From positions 3,963-67,962 of the forward strand of contig JALOLY010000002.1 of the NCBI GenBank assembly GCA_025455725.1: 64,000 bases of DNA, read 5' to 3'. The first letter of the stretch is position 1; every line of letters begins with the position of its first letter. This document shows, one piece after another, positions 1 through 11,203 of this stretch. Origin of the DNA: Amoebophilaceae bacterium (GTDB taxonomy: Bacteria; Bacteroidota; Bacteroidia; Cytophagales; Amoebophilaceae). Made by a program: the position numbers and the translations under genes. Below the pieces are notes generated by a model. The model saw only the letters and a program-made list of their open reading frames with translations. It did no database searches and was not told the origin of the DNA.

Positions 1-2537
1 AATGCCCTGGGGGTAAACTAAGTGATATCTTTGCCACGGCAGCCAACCGCGCTCGTATCAGCTATGAGTCAACGGACAAGGAAATTATAAAAATTCTCGA
101 CCAAGAAATTGACAAGGCTATCGACCGCGCTTTTGAGATTATCAGAACAAGAGTTGACCGCTTTGGTACTTCTCAGCCCAATATTCAGCGCCTGCAAGGC
201 ACCGGGAGAATACAGATAGAACTACCTGGCGTCAACAATCCAGAAAGAGTAAAGAAATTACTACAGGGAGTGGCGCAGCTTCAGTTTTGGGAAGTTTATG
301 AAATCCCAGAATTGAGCGAGGCGCTGCAAGCCATCGACAGCTTGCTGGTGGCAGAACAAAAAGCAGCCATGCCCGCACAAAAAATACCTACAGAATTTCG
401 GGTTACCTCGAACAACGACCAGACAAAACCATCAACACGGGAGACAAGTACACCGCCAGAAGACGCCTCGTCCGTGTCTCCACTTTTCAGATTATTGAAA
501 GGGAAGTATGGCTTTGTTTATGCAGTAGACGACGTGGCAATCATCAATAGCATTTTTGCCCGTAATGATGTAAAAGCGCTCTTGCCCAACGATTTGCAAT
601 GGCTGTGGGACGTAAAGCCTCATACAACACCAGAGGGTACAACAGTAATAGGACTTTATCCTATCAAGCAACGCCGCGGTGGCCAAGCTGCTTTAGAGGG
701 CGATGTCATTACAAATGCACGCCAAGTGTTTGATGACCGTGGAAAGCCTGCCGTGAGCATACAAATGAACAACAGTGGGGCCCGGGCCTGGAAAAAGATA
801 ACCGCCAATAACATCAATCGACGCATTGCCATTACCTTAGACAAGCATGTGTATTCAGCACCAGTAGTCAACACAGAGATTCCCAGTGGCAACTCCCAAA
901 TCACAGGTAATTTTACACTTGAAGAAGCCAAAGACCTGGCCAATATCCTTCAGGCTGGTTCCTTACCGGCCCCTGTTAAGATTGTTGAAGAGGCAATCAT
1001 TGGCCCTACCCTTAGCAAGCGAGCACAAACAGAGGGTATTGCTTCCATGCTCTTGGGGCTCGGACTAGTCGTTTTGTTCATGGGCCTTTACTATGCCAAA
1101 GGAGGATTGATTGCCAACCTAGCACTCCTCTTCAACATCCTGTTTATTATGGGCATACTGGCGCAGCTCAATGCTGTCCTGACCTTGCCCGGCATTGCAG
1201 GCATTGTGCTCACCATCGGCATGTCGATCGACGCTAATGTGCTGATTTTTGAACGCATTCGCGAAGAATTGAAATCGGGAGTACCGATGAGCATAGCGAT
1301 TGATCGTGGCTATCAAAAAGCTTATAGCTCTATCATCGATTCAAATGTCACTACTTTTTTGACGGGTGCTATTCTGTATGTGCTGGGTCAAGGACCTGTA
1401 CGTGGCTTTGCTACTACTTTAATGATCGGCATTGTGAGCTCTTTTTTTTCTGCAGTGTTTATTACACGCGTGGTCATGAGTTGGATAGTCAACCGCGGTC
1501 AAGAGAGTCGCCTCACTTTCTCCTTTGCCTATAGCAAAGATTTATTGAGCAAATTCCACATAGATTTCCTGAAACTGCGTCGTTTTTCCTACGCAGTTTC
1601 GCTAGTCTTCATAGGTATAGGTTTTGTACTCATGGTACAACAAGGTGGCCTTAATCTGGGTGTTGACTTCACAGGTGGAAGATCCTACGTGGTGGCCCTT
1701 AGTCGGCCCATAGAGCCTTCGGCACTAAAAACCCAACTGGCTGATTACTTTGGTGATCAGGGTACAGAGGTCAAAACCTACGGTGCTAATAACGTACTCA
1801 AGGTTACGACTAGCTATTTAATGCAAAATGAGGCTGAAGAAACCGATGTAACGGTACAACACGCCTTGGTGCAAGGAATCCAGAGCCTTACAGGACTCAC
1901 GTATGCTGCTGACGCAGAGGCTGTCCTAGAAGGAATGTTTACCATTGCTAGTACTTCTAAGGTAGGAGCCACCATTGCAGGTGATATTAAATCGGCCGCC
2001 CGGCAATCCATTTTCTCCGCTTTAATCATGATCTTCCTCTACATCCTAGTGCGTTTTCGCAGCTGGCAATTCGGATTAGCAGCGGTGATAGCTCTGTTTC
2101 ATGACAGTCTGGCTGTATTTGCCTCCATGGCTATGGCTAGGGCCATAGGCTACGCTTACGAAGTCGACCAGGTGTTTGTTGCCGCTATCCTCACTGTCAT
2201 TGGTTACTCTATCAATGATACAGTGGTGATATTTGATCGGATCAGAGAAAGACTAACCATGGAAACAGGTGGTAACTTCCAAGGAGTAGCCAACCGTTCT
2301 ATCAATGAAACCATGAGCCGCACATTGATTACCTCTTTGACTACGCTCATTGCCGTAGTGATCCTGTTCGTCTTCGGTGGTGAGGTGCTACGAGGGTTCT
2401 CTTTTTCGTTGATGGTAGGCATCATTTTTGGCACATACTCTTCCATCTTTATTGCTACGCCGCTGGCTATTGATCTTTCTAAGATCTCGCTCGGCAAAAA
2501 AGTCTTCTCCCAGAGATACCACACGAAAAAGGGGTAA
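1..2537 (+). CDS. secDF: Protein-export membrane protein SecDF fusion; 5' end lies outside the window
   Basis: Frame 3 is open from nt 3. Translating 3-269 gives ...EIIRTRVDRFGTSQPNIQRLQGTGRIQIELPGVNNPERVKKLLQG, which runs directly into the listed 755-aa ORF. This is a SecD periplasmic domain and TM bundle followed by a SecF-like second half (FDRIRERL, multi-TM C-terminus). Confidence 0.9.
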   Translation, partial: CPGGKLSDIFATAANRARISYESTDKEIIKILDQEIDKAIDRAFEIIRTRVDRFGTSQPNIQRLQGTGRIQIELPGVNNPERVKKLLQGVAQLQFWEVYEIPELSEALQAIDSLLVAEQKAAMPAQKIPTEFRVTSNNDQTKPSTRETSTPPEDASSVSPLFRLLKGKYGFVYAVDDVAIINSIFARNDVKALLPNDLQWLWDVKPHTTPEGTTVIGLYPIKQRRGGQAALEGDVITNARQVFDDRGKPAVSIQMNNSGARAWKKITANNINRRIAITLDKHVYSAPVVNTEIPSGNSQITGNFTLEEAKDLANILQAGSLPAPVKIVEEAIIGPTLSKRAQTEGIASMLLGLGLVVLFMGLYYAKGGLIANLALLFNILFIMGILAQLNAVLTLPGIAGIVLTIGMSIDANVLIFERIREELKSGVPMSIAIDRGYQKAYSSIIDSNVTTFLTGAILYVLGQGPVRGFATTLMIGIVSSFFSAVFITRVVMSWIVNRGQESRLTFSFAYSKDLLSKFHIDFLKLRRFSYAVSLVFIGIGFVLMVQQGGLNLGVDFTGGRSYVVALSRPIEPSALKTQLADYFGDQGTEVKTYGANNVLKVTTSYLMQNEAEETDVTVQHALVQGIQSLTGLTYAADAEAVLEGMFTIASTSKVGATIAGDIKSAARQSIFSALIMIFLYILVRFRSWQFGLAAVIALFHDSLAVFASMAMARAIGYAYEVDQVFVAAILTVIGYSINDTVVIFDRIRERLTMETGGNFQGVANRSINETMSRTLITSLTTLIAVVILFVFGGEVLRGFSFSLMVGIIFGTYSSIFIATPLAIDLSKISLGKKVFSQRYHTKKG

Positions 2538-2985
2538 TCCATTTGGGTCTGGCATGGCGCTACCCAATCATAGCGCATGAACGAGCTAGCTGATCCACGA
2601 TGCGGGTGTGTAGCCCCCGAATGGCCATCGGCACAATGACAAACTCTATTACCTGAAAAACTACCCTAGTTGTTTCTGATATCTTTTAGCGCAAGTATTT
2701 CAACAACAGATGCACAACTCAGTATGCGTGTTGTCAACGCACATAGGCAATCAGACCTACGCCATGCAAGAGTCTCGCGGAGTTGGACACAGAAAACGAC
2801 TGCAGGCTACTATTCCTTTTTAGAAGCCCTTTTGATTTATGGAGAAACCAGGAAATTGGGCAACCTTAGAAAGAGTCGATAACAAAAGTTTTTAGTATAG
2901 GCTCAAAATTAAGAACGTCCCGGACCTACCCTTGCGCCTCTTAGAGAAGGGTCGTAGGCACTAGCGGGCTGTACTTCTCTGTTTC

Positions 2986-3011
2986 TTGCAGTATTAGTTT
3001 GCAGTATTAGT
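2986..3011. repeat. Perfect 13-nt x2 tandem duplication (ttgcagtattagt ttgcagtattagt) inside an ORF-free gap
   Basis: Read directly: 2986-2998 is identical to 2999-3011. Confidence 0.9.
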
Positions 3012-3553
3012 ACACTACTTGAGACAGTACAGGCGACAAGGGGAAAAAATGGCCATTGCTGCGTTGAGGTCATGATATCTTCCTTCATTTGTAGTACAAT
3101 GCTTCCTATTGCTCAAAGCAACTCTTCCGTGTTGTACCTCTTTTCCACACCCAACATGAGACCGTCGCACGGCTAATTTATGGATTAGAGGAAATTCTAA
3201 TAACTCGATGCCGTTATCTATTGATTAATCTCCACGTACCACCCTGAATTCTCCCTAAAAAAGGGGATAAACCGACATGGTTATAAGGAAATGTTTCTCG
3301 TCAACTGTAGAAATGTTCATTTAGATGATCCTACGCCATACAAAAGTCTGATACTTTGAGCAGTCTCTCTGCCAAAATACAGCGCATCGCCAAAAAATTG
3401 GTCACGCGTAGCTAGTATTCAATAAGGGATTAGAGGAACTAGTCGTGTTTAAGGGTAAGGTATAGCTACTGGTCAAATAGCCAAGGCCTTCGGTGAGGTA
3501 CAAGCTGAGTTGCGAACGCGAAGACGGGTACTAAATAAGCAAATACGGCCACC

Positions 3554-5029
3554 TCAATATGCTTGAGCAAAGACCACACGTTGCCGTGAAGGCTTTCCTG
3601 TATACATACAATTCCCTGTTTCTGGAGAGGCATCTAAAGGAATACAACGAATGGTGGCTTTGGTAGCTGCCTGTATTTTTTTTTCTGTTTCAGTGGTGCC
3701 GTCCCAGTGTGCTAAAACAAACCCCCCCTTCTGGGCTATCACCGTTTTAAACGCCTCATAGGTGTTTACTGAAGTGGTATGAGTCTCTCTAAAGTCAACT
3801 GCACGTTGATAGAGATAGTCCTGGATATCCCTGAGTAATTTTTGGATAGTGCCTACAACGTTGTCCATACTAATCGTCATCTTTGCTCTGGTATCCCTTC
3901 TAGCTAACTCCACTGTATGATTCGCAAGGTCTATAGGCCCTATAGCCATGCGCAATGGTACACCCTTGAGTTCATATTCGGCAAATTTCCATCCTGGCTT
4001 ATGTGTGTCTCGGTCGTCCAGCTTGACAGCCACTCCTTGAGCTAGGAGTGCCGCTCGAAGGGTAGTGGCCTGCTGTACAACCAATCTTCGCTCTGCTTCA
4101 CTTTTATAGACGGGGATGATGACCACCTGGATAGGGGCCAATCGAGGCGGTAATACTAGGCCCTCGTCATCTGAATGGGTCATAACCAATGCACCAATTA
4201 ACCGCGTAGTGACCCCCCATGAAGTACCCCAAACATGGTCTAACTGGCCAGCCTGGTTGGTAAAAGTGACTCCAAATGCCTGAGCAAACTTTTGGCCCAA
4301 GAAATGCGATGTACCTGCTTGCAACGCTTTGCCATCTTGCATCAGTGCTTCTATGGTATACGTTTCCTCAGCCCCCGCAAAACGCTCATGCTCCGTTTTG
4401 ATGCCCTTGAGCAAGGGTAGTGCCATGTAATCGCGCACAAATTTATCGTAGATATGAAGCATTTGGAGAGCTTCTTGTTTCGCTTCTTCCCGCGTAGCAT
4501 GAGCCGTATGGCCTTCCTGCCACAATACCTCTGCCGTGCGCAAAAAAAGTCGTGGACGCATCTCCCAACGCATCATATTACTCCACTGATTAATTAGCAA
4601 AGGTAGGTCTCGATACGACTTGATCCAGTTTTTGTAGGTATGCCAAATGATAGTTTCTGAAGTAGGACGGATAATCAACTCCTCCTCTAGTTGAGCCTCA
4701 GGGTCTACTACCACACCTTGTCTATCGCTAGATTTTTTTAGCCGATAATGTGTCACAACTGCGCATTCCTTAGCAAATCCCTCTATATGCTCTGCCTCAC
4801 GACTCAGGTAAGACTTAGGAATCAGTAGCGGGAAGTAGGCGTTTTCATGGCCCGTAGCTTTGAAAGCTTGATCCAGGATAGCCTGCATCTTTTCCCAGAT
4901 GGCAAAGCCATAAGGTTTGATAATCATACAACCACGTACGGAGGAATTTTCAGCCAATCCCGCTCTTTTGACCAACTCGTTATACCAAGCTGCAAAGTCT
5001 TCTGTTCTCTTAGGTAATTTCTGGGCCAT
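3554..5029 (-). CDS. proS: Prolyl-tRNA synthetase (archaeal/eukaryote-like type common in Bacteroidota)
   Basis: 491-aa ORF. The N-terminus [25 protein letters not shown], the class II core and the C-terminal ...RVVFAQAY are typical of short-form ProRS. Confidence 0.92.
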   Translation of the reverse strand: MAQKLPKRTEDFAAWYNELVKRAGLAENSSVRGCMIIKPYGFAIWEKMQAILDQAFKATGHENAYFPLLIPKSYLSREAEHIEGFAKECAVVTHYRLKKSSDRQGVVVDPEAQLEEELIIRPTSETIIWHTYKNWIKSYRDLPLLINQWSNMMRWEMRPRLFLRTAEVLWQEGHTAHATREEAKQEALQMLHIYDKFVRDYMALPLLKGIKTEHERFAGAEETYTIEALMQDGKALQAGTSHFLGQKFAQAFGVTFTNQAGQLDHVWGTSWGVTTRLIGALVMTHSDDEGLVLPPRLAPIQVVIIPVYKSEAERRLVVQQATTLRAALLAQGVAVKLDDRDTHKPGWKFAEYELKGVPLRMAIGPIDLANHTVELARRDTRAKMTISMDNVVGTIQKLLRDIQDYLYQRAVDFRETHTTSVNTYEAFKTVIAQKGGFVLAHWDGTTETEKKIQAATKATIRCIPLDASPETGNCMYTGKPSRQRVVFAQAY

Positions 5030-5278
5030 GGAGAGGAGATATTTTTACTAAAATCTTATACTAGTCACTGATAAACGACTTGGCCTTCGAGGGTATGACT
5101 CGAGGCTATTCATGGTCAACTGCACCACTCTGGTACCAACAGCCGGCTAACTAAGTTAGGTAAAGTGGGTGAGGAATGTGTTACCAAGCCGGAAGCCTCG
5201 ACAACGCAGCACCACAGGAAGTATTCAGGTCTTAAATTTTGAGACGAGTATACGTTCTTGATGCACTTGTTGATTGAC

Positions 5279-6271
5279 TCACGCATGCAATAACTGCCAG
5301 ATTTTATCTTTTAGCAGGTCGATACCCTGACCAGTGATGGAAGAAATTAATGTGTAGCCCACTTTGCTAGGTAGATTTGTTACTACAGCTCTTTCATCTT
5401 TTTTGTCCAGCAGATCTGTCTTAGAGAGAACCAGCAACCTCGGCTTGTCCAGCAACTCGGGATCGTGTGCTCGCAGTTCCTGGACTAGGGTATCGTATGT
5501 CTGACGAATATCCGGGCTATCTGCTGCAATGACAAACAGCAACACTGCATTACGCTCAATGTGCCTTAAAAAACGGGTTCCCAAACCCCTTCCTGTCGCT
5601 GCTCCTTCAATGATGCCGGGAATGTCTGCCATGACAAAAGATTGCTTGTCTCTACACGCTACAATACCGAGCTGTGGCACTAAGGTGGTGAAAGGATAGT
5701 CGGCAATCTTGGGCTTGGCGGCAGAGACCACGGACAACAAAGTGGATTTACCAGCATTAGGCAAGCCTACCAAGCCTACATCTGCAAGCAGTTTTAATTC
5801 CAAGACTACCCAGCCCTCAACCCCTGGCTCACCAGGCTGCGCATAGCGCGGAGTTTGTTGGGTAGCTGATTTGAAGTGGACATTACCCAAGCCCCCTCGA
5901 CCGCCTCGCATCAATATTTTCTGCGTACCCTCTTGGATTATTTCCAGTAATATTTGACCTGTGGCACCATCTTTGGCTACAGTACCTAAAGGTACCTGAA
6001 GGACGACATCAGCACCGGTAGCACCAAAACGACACCCTCCTGCTCCGGATTGGCCATGTGCTGCTGTCACATGCTTTCTGTATCGTAGATGCAGTAGGGT
6101 AGATAGCTGGGCACTGCCTTGTAGGATGATATGCCCCCCCCGACCGCCATCGCCACCATCAGGCCCCCCTTTGGGTACTGATTTCTCCCTTCTGAAATGC
6201 ACGGCGCCCGCTCCTCCCTTCCCAGCCTGGGCATATAGCTTGACATGATCGATGAAATTCGAGGTAGACAC
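5279..6271 (-). CDS. obg: GTPase Obg
   Basis: Gly-rich Obg fold (GKGGAGAVHFRREK...GGPDGGDGGRGG) followed by a G domain (GLPNAGKST, DIPGII). Confidence 0.93.
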   Translation of the reverse strand: MSTSNFIDHVKLYAQAGKGGAGAVHFRREKSVPKGGPDGGDGGRGGHIILQGSAQLSTLLHLRYRKHVTAAHGQSGAGGCRFGATGADVVLQVPLGTVAKDGATGQILLEIIQEGTQKILMRGGRGGLGNVHFKSATQQTPRYAQPGEPGVEGWVVLELKLLADVGLVGLPNAGKSTLLSVVSAAKPKIADYPFTTLVPQLGIVACRDKQSFVMADIPGIIEGAATGRGLGTRFLRHIERNAVLLFVIAADSPDIRQTYDTLVQELRAHDPELLDKPRLLVLSKTDLLDKKDERAVVTNLPSKVGYTLISSITGQGIDLLKDKIWQLLHA

Positions 6272-6280
6272 GGTCTCTTT

Positions 6281-6874
6281 TTACTTTAAGGCTGGCATAA
6301 CCGATAATTTCCCCATCGCAGCTACGATACGTTTAAAGATTACATCCACCGCTCCTGACCCACAGACCTTAACTAGTTTGTTTTGCTGGGCATAATATTT
6401 AGCTACAGGCAAGGTTGTATCGTGGTATATCCGCATCCTTGTGGCAATTTTTGCTGCGTCTTGGTCATCCACACGACCTGCTATCTCGGCTCTGGATCTA
6501 ATTCTTTGAATAAGCTCTTCTTCGGGCACTTCCAAGAATACTACAACGTCAATATGTATGCCGTAGCGTACCAGCCTCTCTTCTAGGGCCTTTGCTTGAG
6601 TAGATGTTCTTGGAAAGCCATCGAATAAGATCCCGTCTCCATTATCCTTTGCTACCAGTTGTGCTTCGACGATATCGATCACAAGTGCATCGGGTGCCAA
6701 CTTTCCTACATTGATATATTGGGCTACCTGCTGTCCTAGGACTGTTTTTTGGTTGATTTGGTCACGTAACAAATCACCAGGTGCAATGTGCACGAGTCGG
6801 TATTTTTGGGTTAGTTCTTTGCTTTGAGTGCCCTTGCCAGCCCCCGGAGGGCCGAATAACGCTATGTTGGTCAT
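6281..6874 (-). CDS. adk: Adenylate kinase
   Basis: P-loop GPPGAGKGTQ, plus GDLLR and DGFPRT motifs; 197 aa. Confidence 0.93.
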   Translation of the reverse strand: MTNIALFGPPGAGKGTQSKELTQKYRLVHIAPGDLLRDQINQKTVLGQQVAQYINVGKLAPDALVIDIVEAQLVAKDNGDGILFDGFPRTSTQAKALEERLVRYGIHIDVVVFLEVPEEELIQRIRSRAEIAGRVDDQDAAKIATRMRIYHDTTLPVAKYYAQQNKLVKVCGSGAVDVIFKRIVAAMGKLSVMPALK

Positions 6875-6961
6875 CTTTTATTTTCCAGCCTTTTATATGA
6901 GTGTGTATCCTGTACCCTTATGTCTAAAAACACGCATAGCATCAAACACCTCGTCAATACA

Positions 6962-8236
6962 TCATGCGATAGTCTTGAACCCCGTGTAGGGATGCAAGAT
7001 AGGTGGGATCCTAATGCCGCTGGCTGTCTGGTTATTCTCAAGCAATGCGGCCACGATCCTGGGCAATGCAAGTGCACTTCCGTTCAGGGTGTGGGGAAAT
7101 TGAGTCCTATGATGCTCATCTCTATAACGAAGCTGCATACGGTGCGTTTGGTAAGCCTCAAAATTACTAATAGAACTAACTTCGAGCCAACGCTGCTGCC
7201 CGACAGCCCACACCTCTAAGTCATAAGTAAACGCAGCAGTAAAGCCCAGATCGCCACCACAGAGTTTGAGCACTCGATAAGGCAATTCGAGCTTTTCAAG
7301 TAAATACCGTACATAAGCACACATCTCTTGTAACGCCCCATAGGACTTTTCAGGAAGAGCAATCTGTACCAGTTCTACTTTATCGAATTGGTGTAGCCGG
7401 TTGAGCCCTCTTACATGAGTTCCCCAAGAGCCAGCTTCTCGTCTAAAACAGGGAGTATATGCTACATTTTTGATGGGCAAAACTGTCTGAGAAAGAATAT
7501 CACCCCGGTACAGGTTAGTCAAAGGCACTTCAGCAGTTGGAATCAAGTAAAACGTCGTGTCTTTCAGCTGGTACATTTGTCCTTCCTTATCAGGTAGCTG
7601 TCCAGTACCATGGGCTGAAGCTTCATTCACCACAATGGGGGGCTGTATTTCCTCATAACCTGCGTGCTGGGCTTCATCCAGGAAAAAATTGACGAGGGCC
7701 CTTTGGAGCCTGGCGCCTCGGCCTTTATACACCGGAAAACCTGCTCCCGTAATTTTATTACCCAATTCAAAGTCAACAAGATCATACTGCCTAGCCAGCT
7801 CCCAGTGGGGTAGCTGTGCAGCATTGTTAATAGGGACTTGACTACTTTGGTAGACGAGTTCATTGTCTGCAGAGCTTTTCCCTTCAGGGACTTCTGCGTT
7901 AGGTAAATTGGGCAACTCGTACAAAGCGTGCTGCAATGCTTTCTCGCAAGCTTGCAGCTGTGGCACCAGCGTCTTCATGGCTATTTTGAGTGTAGTAGTT
8001 TGTTCCCTAACTAGGGCTACTTCCTCTCTTTTTCCCTGCTGCATAAGCTGGCCTATCTGCTTGGTAAGCAGATTTAATTGTGCAGCAGTGCTGTCTACGG
8101 ACAATTGAGCAGTCTTACGTTGCTGGTCGAGGACCAATAGTCTTTCGACGGATTCGGCGGCGTTGTTGAAATGCCTTTTCTGTAGTCTTTGAATGACAAG
8201 TGCTTTACTAGTTCTGATGTCATGGATATCAAGCAT
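6962..8236 (-). CDS. serS: Seryl-tRNA synthetase
   Basis: 424 aa. N-terminal coiled-coil arm plus class II catalytic core (FRREAGS, TLNGSALA). Confidence 0.93.
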   Translation of the reverse strand: MLDIHDIRTSKALVIQRLQKRHFNNAAESVERLLVLDQQRKTAQLSVDSTAAQLNLLTKQIGQLMQQGKREEVALVREQTTTLKIAMKTLVPQLQACEKALQHALYELPNLPNAEVPEGKSSADNELVYQSSQVPINNAAQLPHWELARQYDLVDFELGNKITGAGFPVYKGRGARLQRALVNFFLDEAQHAGYEEIQPPIVVNEASAHGTGQLPDKEGQMYQLKDTTFYLIPTAEVPLTNLYRGDILSQTVLPIKNVAYTPCFRREAGSWGTHVRGLNRLHQFDKVELVQIALPEKSYGALQEMCAYVRYLLEKLELPYRVLKLCGGDLGFTAAFTYDLEVWAVGQQRWLEVSSISNFEAYQTHRMQLRYRDEHHRTQFPHTLNGSALALPRIVAALLENNQTASGIRIPPILHPYTGFKTIA

Positions 8237-8592
8237 AATCTTCTATAAAATTGACGTAACCCGCCGGGAAGGGAAGTATCAGCGAGACTAAGCTGTCTAC
8301 TACGAACCAGCAGCCACAAAGTAAGCCATTTTTATACATGTGGCTTAGGATGCATCATATCCAACACATTTTTTATCATCTAATAAGTGTGCATCAAACT
8401 TGACAATGGTGCGTCGTTGCCCTATCATTGTCTGTTCTGAAGGCAATGGCAGAAATGCTGCCTCTCTGCGTTGATATCCTCAACACTACCTAATAGCAAC
8501 ACTTTTGAATAGCATTACTGTGCGCGTATGACTAGCCGCTTGGCTCTCTCGTCGTTTATTATTTCCGTTACTTAACTACACAAAGACAACCC

Positions 8593-10086
8593 ATGTATAA
8601 CATTGAAGAACTTGATCTTCGGCTGCTTTCTGAGCTGAAAGAAATAGCAGCAACCTTACAGATGAGCAATTACAACCACCTATCCAAGCAGGAGCTTATT
8701 TATAAAATACTCGACCAACAAGCCATTCTCCCTGAAACAGCCTCCTCTACCTCTATCCCAAAGGTGACCCTATCAACAGAACCTGGCACGCGGGAATCCG
8801 CAAAAGTTGCTACGAGTAAGCCCCCAATGTTAAAAAAAGAGAACCTCCTACCAGGTAGTGGTAATGAGACAGTCAGCACGACTTTGCCTGAGAGAACGAA
8901 CACAGGAAAACAAAAAGAACCGAAGAAAGAGGGAAATAAACCCAGAAAAGAAGCGGGGAATGACATGAGCCTCAACAGCGTTATTGACAGTGAGGGTGTA
9001 TTAGAAATAATGCAAGATGGCTATGGGTTTTTGCGCTCCTCAGATTATCACTATCTGACCAGTCCAGATGACACGTACGTTTCTCCTTCACAGATCAAAT
9101 TATTTGGATTGAAGACAGGCGATACGGTGAAAGGACAAATCAGACCACCTAAAGAGGGCGAGAAATATTTTGCGTTGCTTAAAGTGATTTCCGTAAACGG
9201 AAGGACCACAGAGGAGGTAAGAGACAGAATCGCGTTTGAGCACTTAACTCCTGTATTCCCAGATGAAAAACTAGAGCTCACCAATGGGCCCTCTCAATAC
9301 TCTACAAGAATTTTAAGCCTTTTTGCACCCATTGGAAAAGGGCAACGTGGTATGCTAGTGGCTCCCCCAAAAACCGGTAAGACAGTACTACTCAAAGAAA
9401 TTGCCAATGCCATTGCCAAAAATCACCCGGAGGTATATCTCATCATTTTACTCATTGGAGAGCGACCTGAAGAAGTAACAGATATGGCCCGTAGTGTGGA
9501 GGCAGAAGTAGTAGCTTCTACCTTTGATGAGCAACCAGAACGCCACACCAAGGTGGCCAACATGGTACTTGAAAAAGCAAAGCGGATGGTGGAGTGTGGC
9601 CATGATGTAGTCATCCTTCTAGACTCCATTACACGCCTGGCGCGTGCTTACAATACAGTCATGCCTTCCTCAGGAAAAATCTTATCAGGTGGAGTAGACG
9701 CTAACGCATTACACAAACCCAAAAGATTCTTTGGGGCAGCGCGTAATGTAGAAAATGGCGGTTCTTTGACTATTCTAGCTACTGCACTCATTGAGACGGG
9801 TTCCAAGATGGATGAAGTAATCTTTGAGGAGTTTAAAGGCACTGGAAACATGGAGCTACAACTAGATCGAAAATTGGCCAACCGTCGTATCTATCCAGCC
9901 ATTGATATTCCTTCTTCTGGGACACGCCGTGAAGATCTGCTACTCACAAGAGAAGCGTTGGCACGTGTGTGGATTTTACGCAAGTTCATGGCAGATATGA
10001 CTCCCAACGAGGCCATGGACTTCTTGCTCGATCGGATGAAAGGTACCCGCAACAACGAAGAGTTTTTGCTCTCCATGAATGACTAG
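8593..10086 (+). CDS. rho: Transcription termination factor Rho with an insertion of about 85 aa between the N-terminal helix bundle and the RNA-binding domain
   Basis: DGYGFLR RNA-binding motif, Walker [11 protein letters not shown], and a conserved C-terminal ATPase. Residues ~45-135 are a low-complexity stretch rich in S/T/K/E/P. Confidence 0.95.
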   Translation: MYNIEELDLRLLSELKEIAATLQMSNYNHLSKQELIYKILDQQAILPETASSTSIPKVTLSTEPGTRESAKVATSKPPMLKKENLLPGSGNETVSTTLPERTNTGKQKEPKKEGNKPRKEAGNDMSLNSVIDSEGVLEIMQDGYGFLRSSDYHYLTSPDDTYVSPSQIKLFGLKTGDTVKGQIRPPKEGEKYFALLKVISVNGRTTEEVRDRIAFEHLTPVFPDEKLELTNGPSQYSTRILSLFAPIGKGQRGMLVAPPKTGKTVLLKEIANAIAKNHPEVYLIILLIGERPEEVTDMARSVEAEVVASTFDEQPERHTKVANMVLEKAKRMVECGHDVVILLDSITRLARAYNTVMPSSGKILSGGVDANALHKPKRFFGAARNVENGGSLTILATALIETGSKMDEVIFEEFKGTGNMELQLDRKLANRRIYPAIDIPSSGTRREDLLLTREALARVWILRKFMADMTPNEAMDFLLDRMKGTRNNEEFLLSMND

Positions 10087-10139
10087 ACAAAAGCCGGTAG
10101 TACCCCTGGTGTAATCCAGTAGACACGTCAGAATACCAT

Positions 10140-11048
10140 TTATTGAAGTGGCTCCCAATTATTTAAGATAACGTGGCATGTCCTGCGCAGCGAGGCAGGC
10201 GTGTCACACTGATATTCCTGAATGCCTTGGTACATTCCCTCGTACATGGTAGCAATAAATTCATTTTTCGTGAAGCTTCGTTTTGAATAATCGGTGTCAG
10301 CGAATATCTCGGTGGAAATAGCCGGCAAAACAAGATAGCCTACATGATGAGTAGCTCTTTTCAGGATGTTATAATACAATGTTTTTACCTGATCCTGAGC
10401 AGTAGAGAGCGCGATAGTTTCACTAGCTCTGGGACCTATAGCGTGGTAGATCTCCCCTATTTTTAGACTGGGATTGACCATCATCGGCGTCATCTCGTTG
10501 TGATCCAAGAGAGGCCCCACATCTGATATAACGTACTCGCCTACTTTTGCCCGCCATCCAGGCTCTATGGATATATCCAGGGATCCAGAGTCCCACGTGC
10601 CAGGTAGAGTAGACGGTAACCTCAACCCTACCCACTTTTTATGACAATAGTGGGTATTGACATGGTTGCTTAAGGCACCATTGAGCCCGCCGCCCCCAAA
10701 GGAGATGTGCTCATTGCTCGCATTAACCACGATGATTCTTTTGTTATCAGAGCCCCCAAACTGCTCATATAAAGAAACGTTGGGTACAATTCTTACGGTA
10801 GCTTTGGAGACTGTGCTACCTGGGTTCTGAAACCACTGCTTAAATTCATTACTGAGATATTCCTTGATAGGAAGCTCTTGTTGCTGAGAAACATGGGAAC
10901 CAGTATTGTATGGCTTAGTATCGCATGAACAATAGGTCATGATAGCAAGTAGATAACACAACATAGCGACACATCTCGTTGCTCTCGTACCATGACACTC
11001 CCCTAATATATTTACAACGGCATGCAAGTTGACCAGCATAGGTGACAT
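10140..11048 (-). CDS. Macrodomain (ADP-ribose binding/hydrolase fold) protein with a hydrophobic N-terminal segment
   Basis: Macro signature pattern: IIVVNASN, FGGGGLNGAL, IYHAIGP, LVLPAISTEIF. The N-terminus ...RCVAMLCYLLAIMTYCSCD looks like a signal or anchor segment. An alternative start at M29 is nt 10964. Confidence 0.6.
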   Translation of the reverse strand: MSPMLVNLHAVVNILGECHGTRATRCVAMLCYLLAIMTYCSCDTKPYNTGSHVSQQQELPIKEYLSNEFKQWFQNPGSTVSKATVRIVPNVSLYEQFGGSDNKRIIVVNASNEHISFGGGGLNGALSNHVNTHYCHKKWVGLRLPSTLPGTWDSGSLDISIEPGWRAKVGEYVISDVGPLLDHNEMTPMMVNPSLKIGEIYHAIGPRASETIALSTAQDQVKTLYYNILKRATHHVGYLVLPAISTEIFADTDYSKRSFTKNEFIATMYEGMYQGIQEYQCDTPASLRRTCHVILNNWEPLQ

Positions 11049-11203
11049 TGTTTTTGACGTTATGGGCCTAGTAAGGACAGACGAATGACTTAGGGAGTAC
11101 TCATCTCCCAGTGCCTAGTCAATAGATATCTTACAGAAATCTCAATACTTGCAAATTCCGAACGAAAGTACGCATATTCGCTCCTCAACTAAACCTACTC
11201 ATT

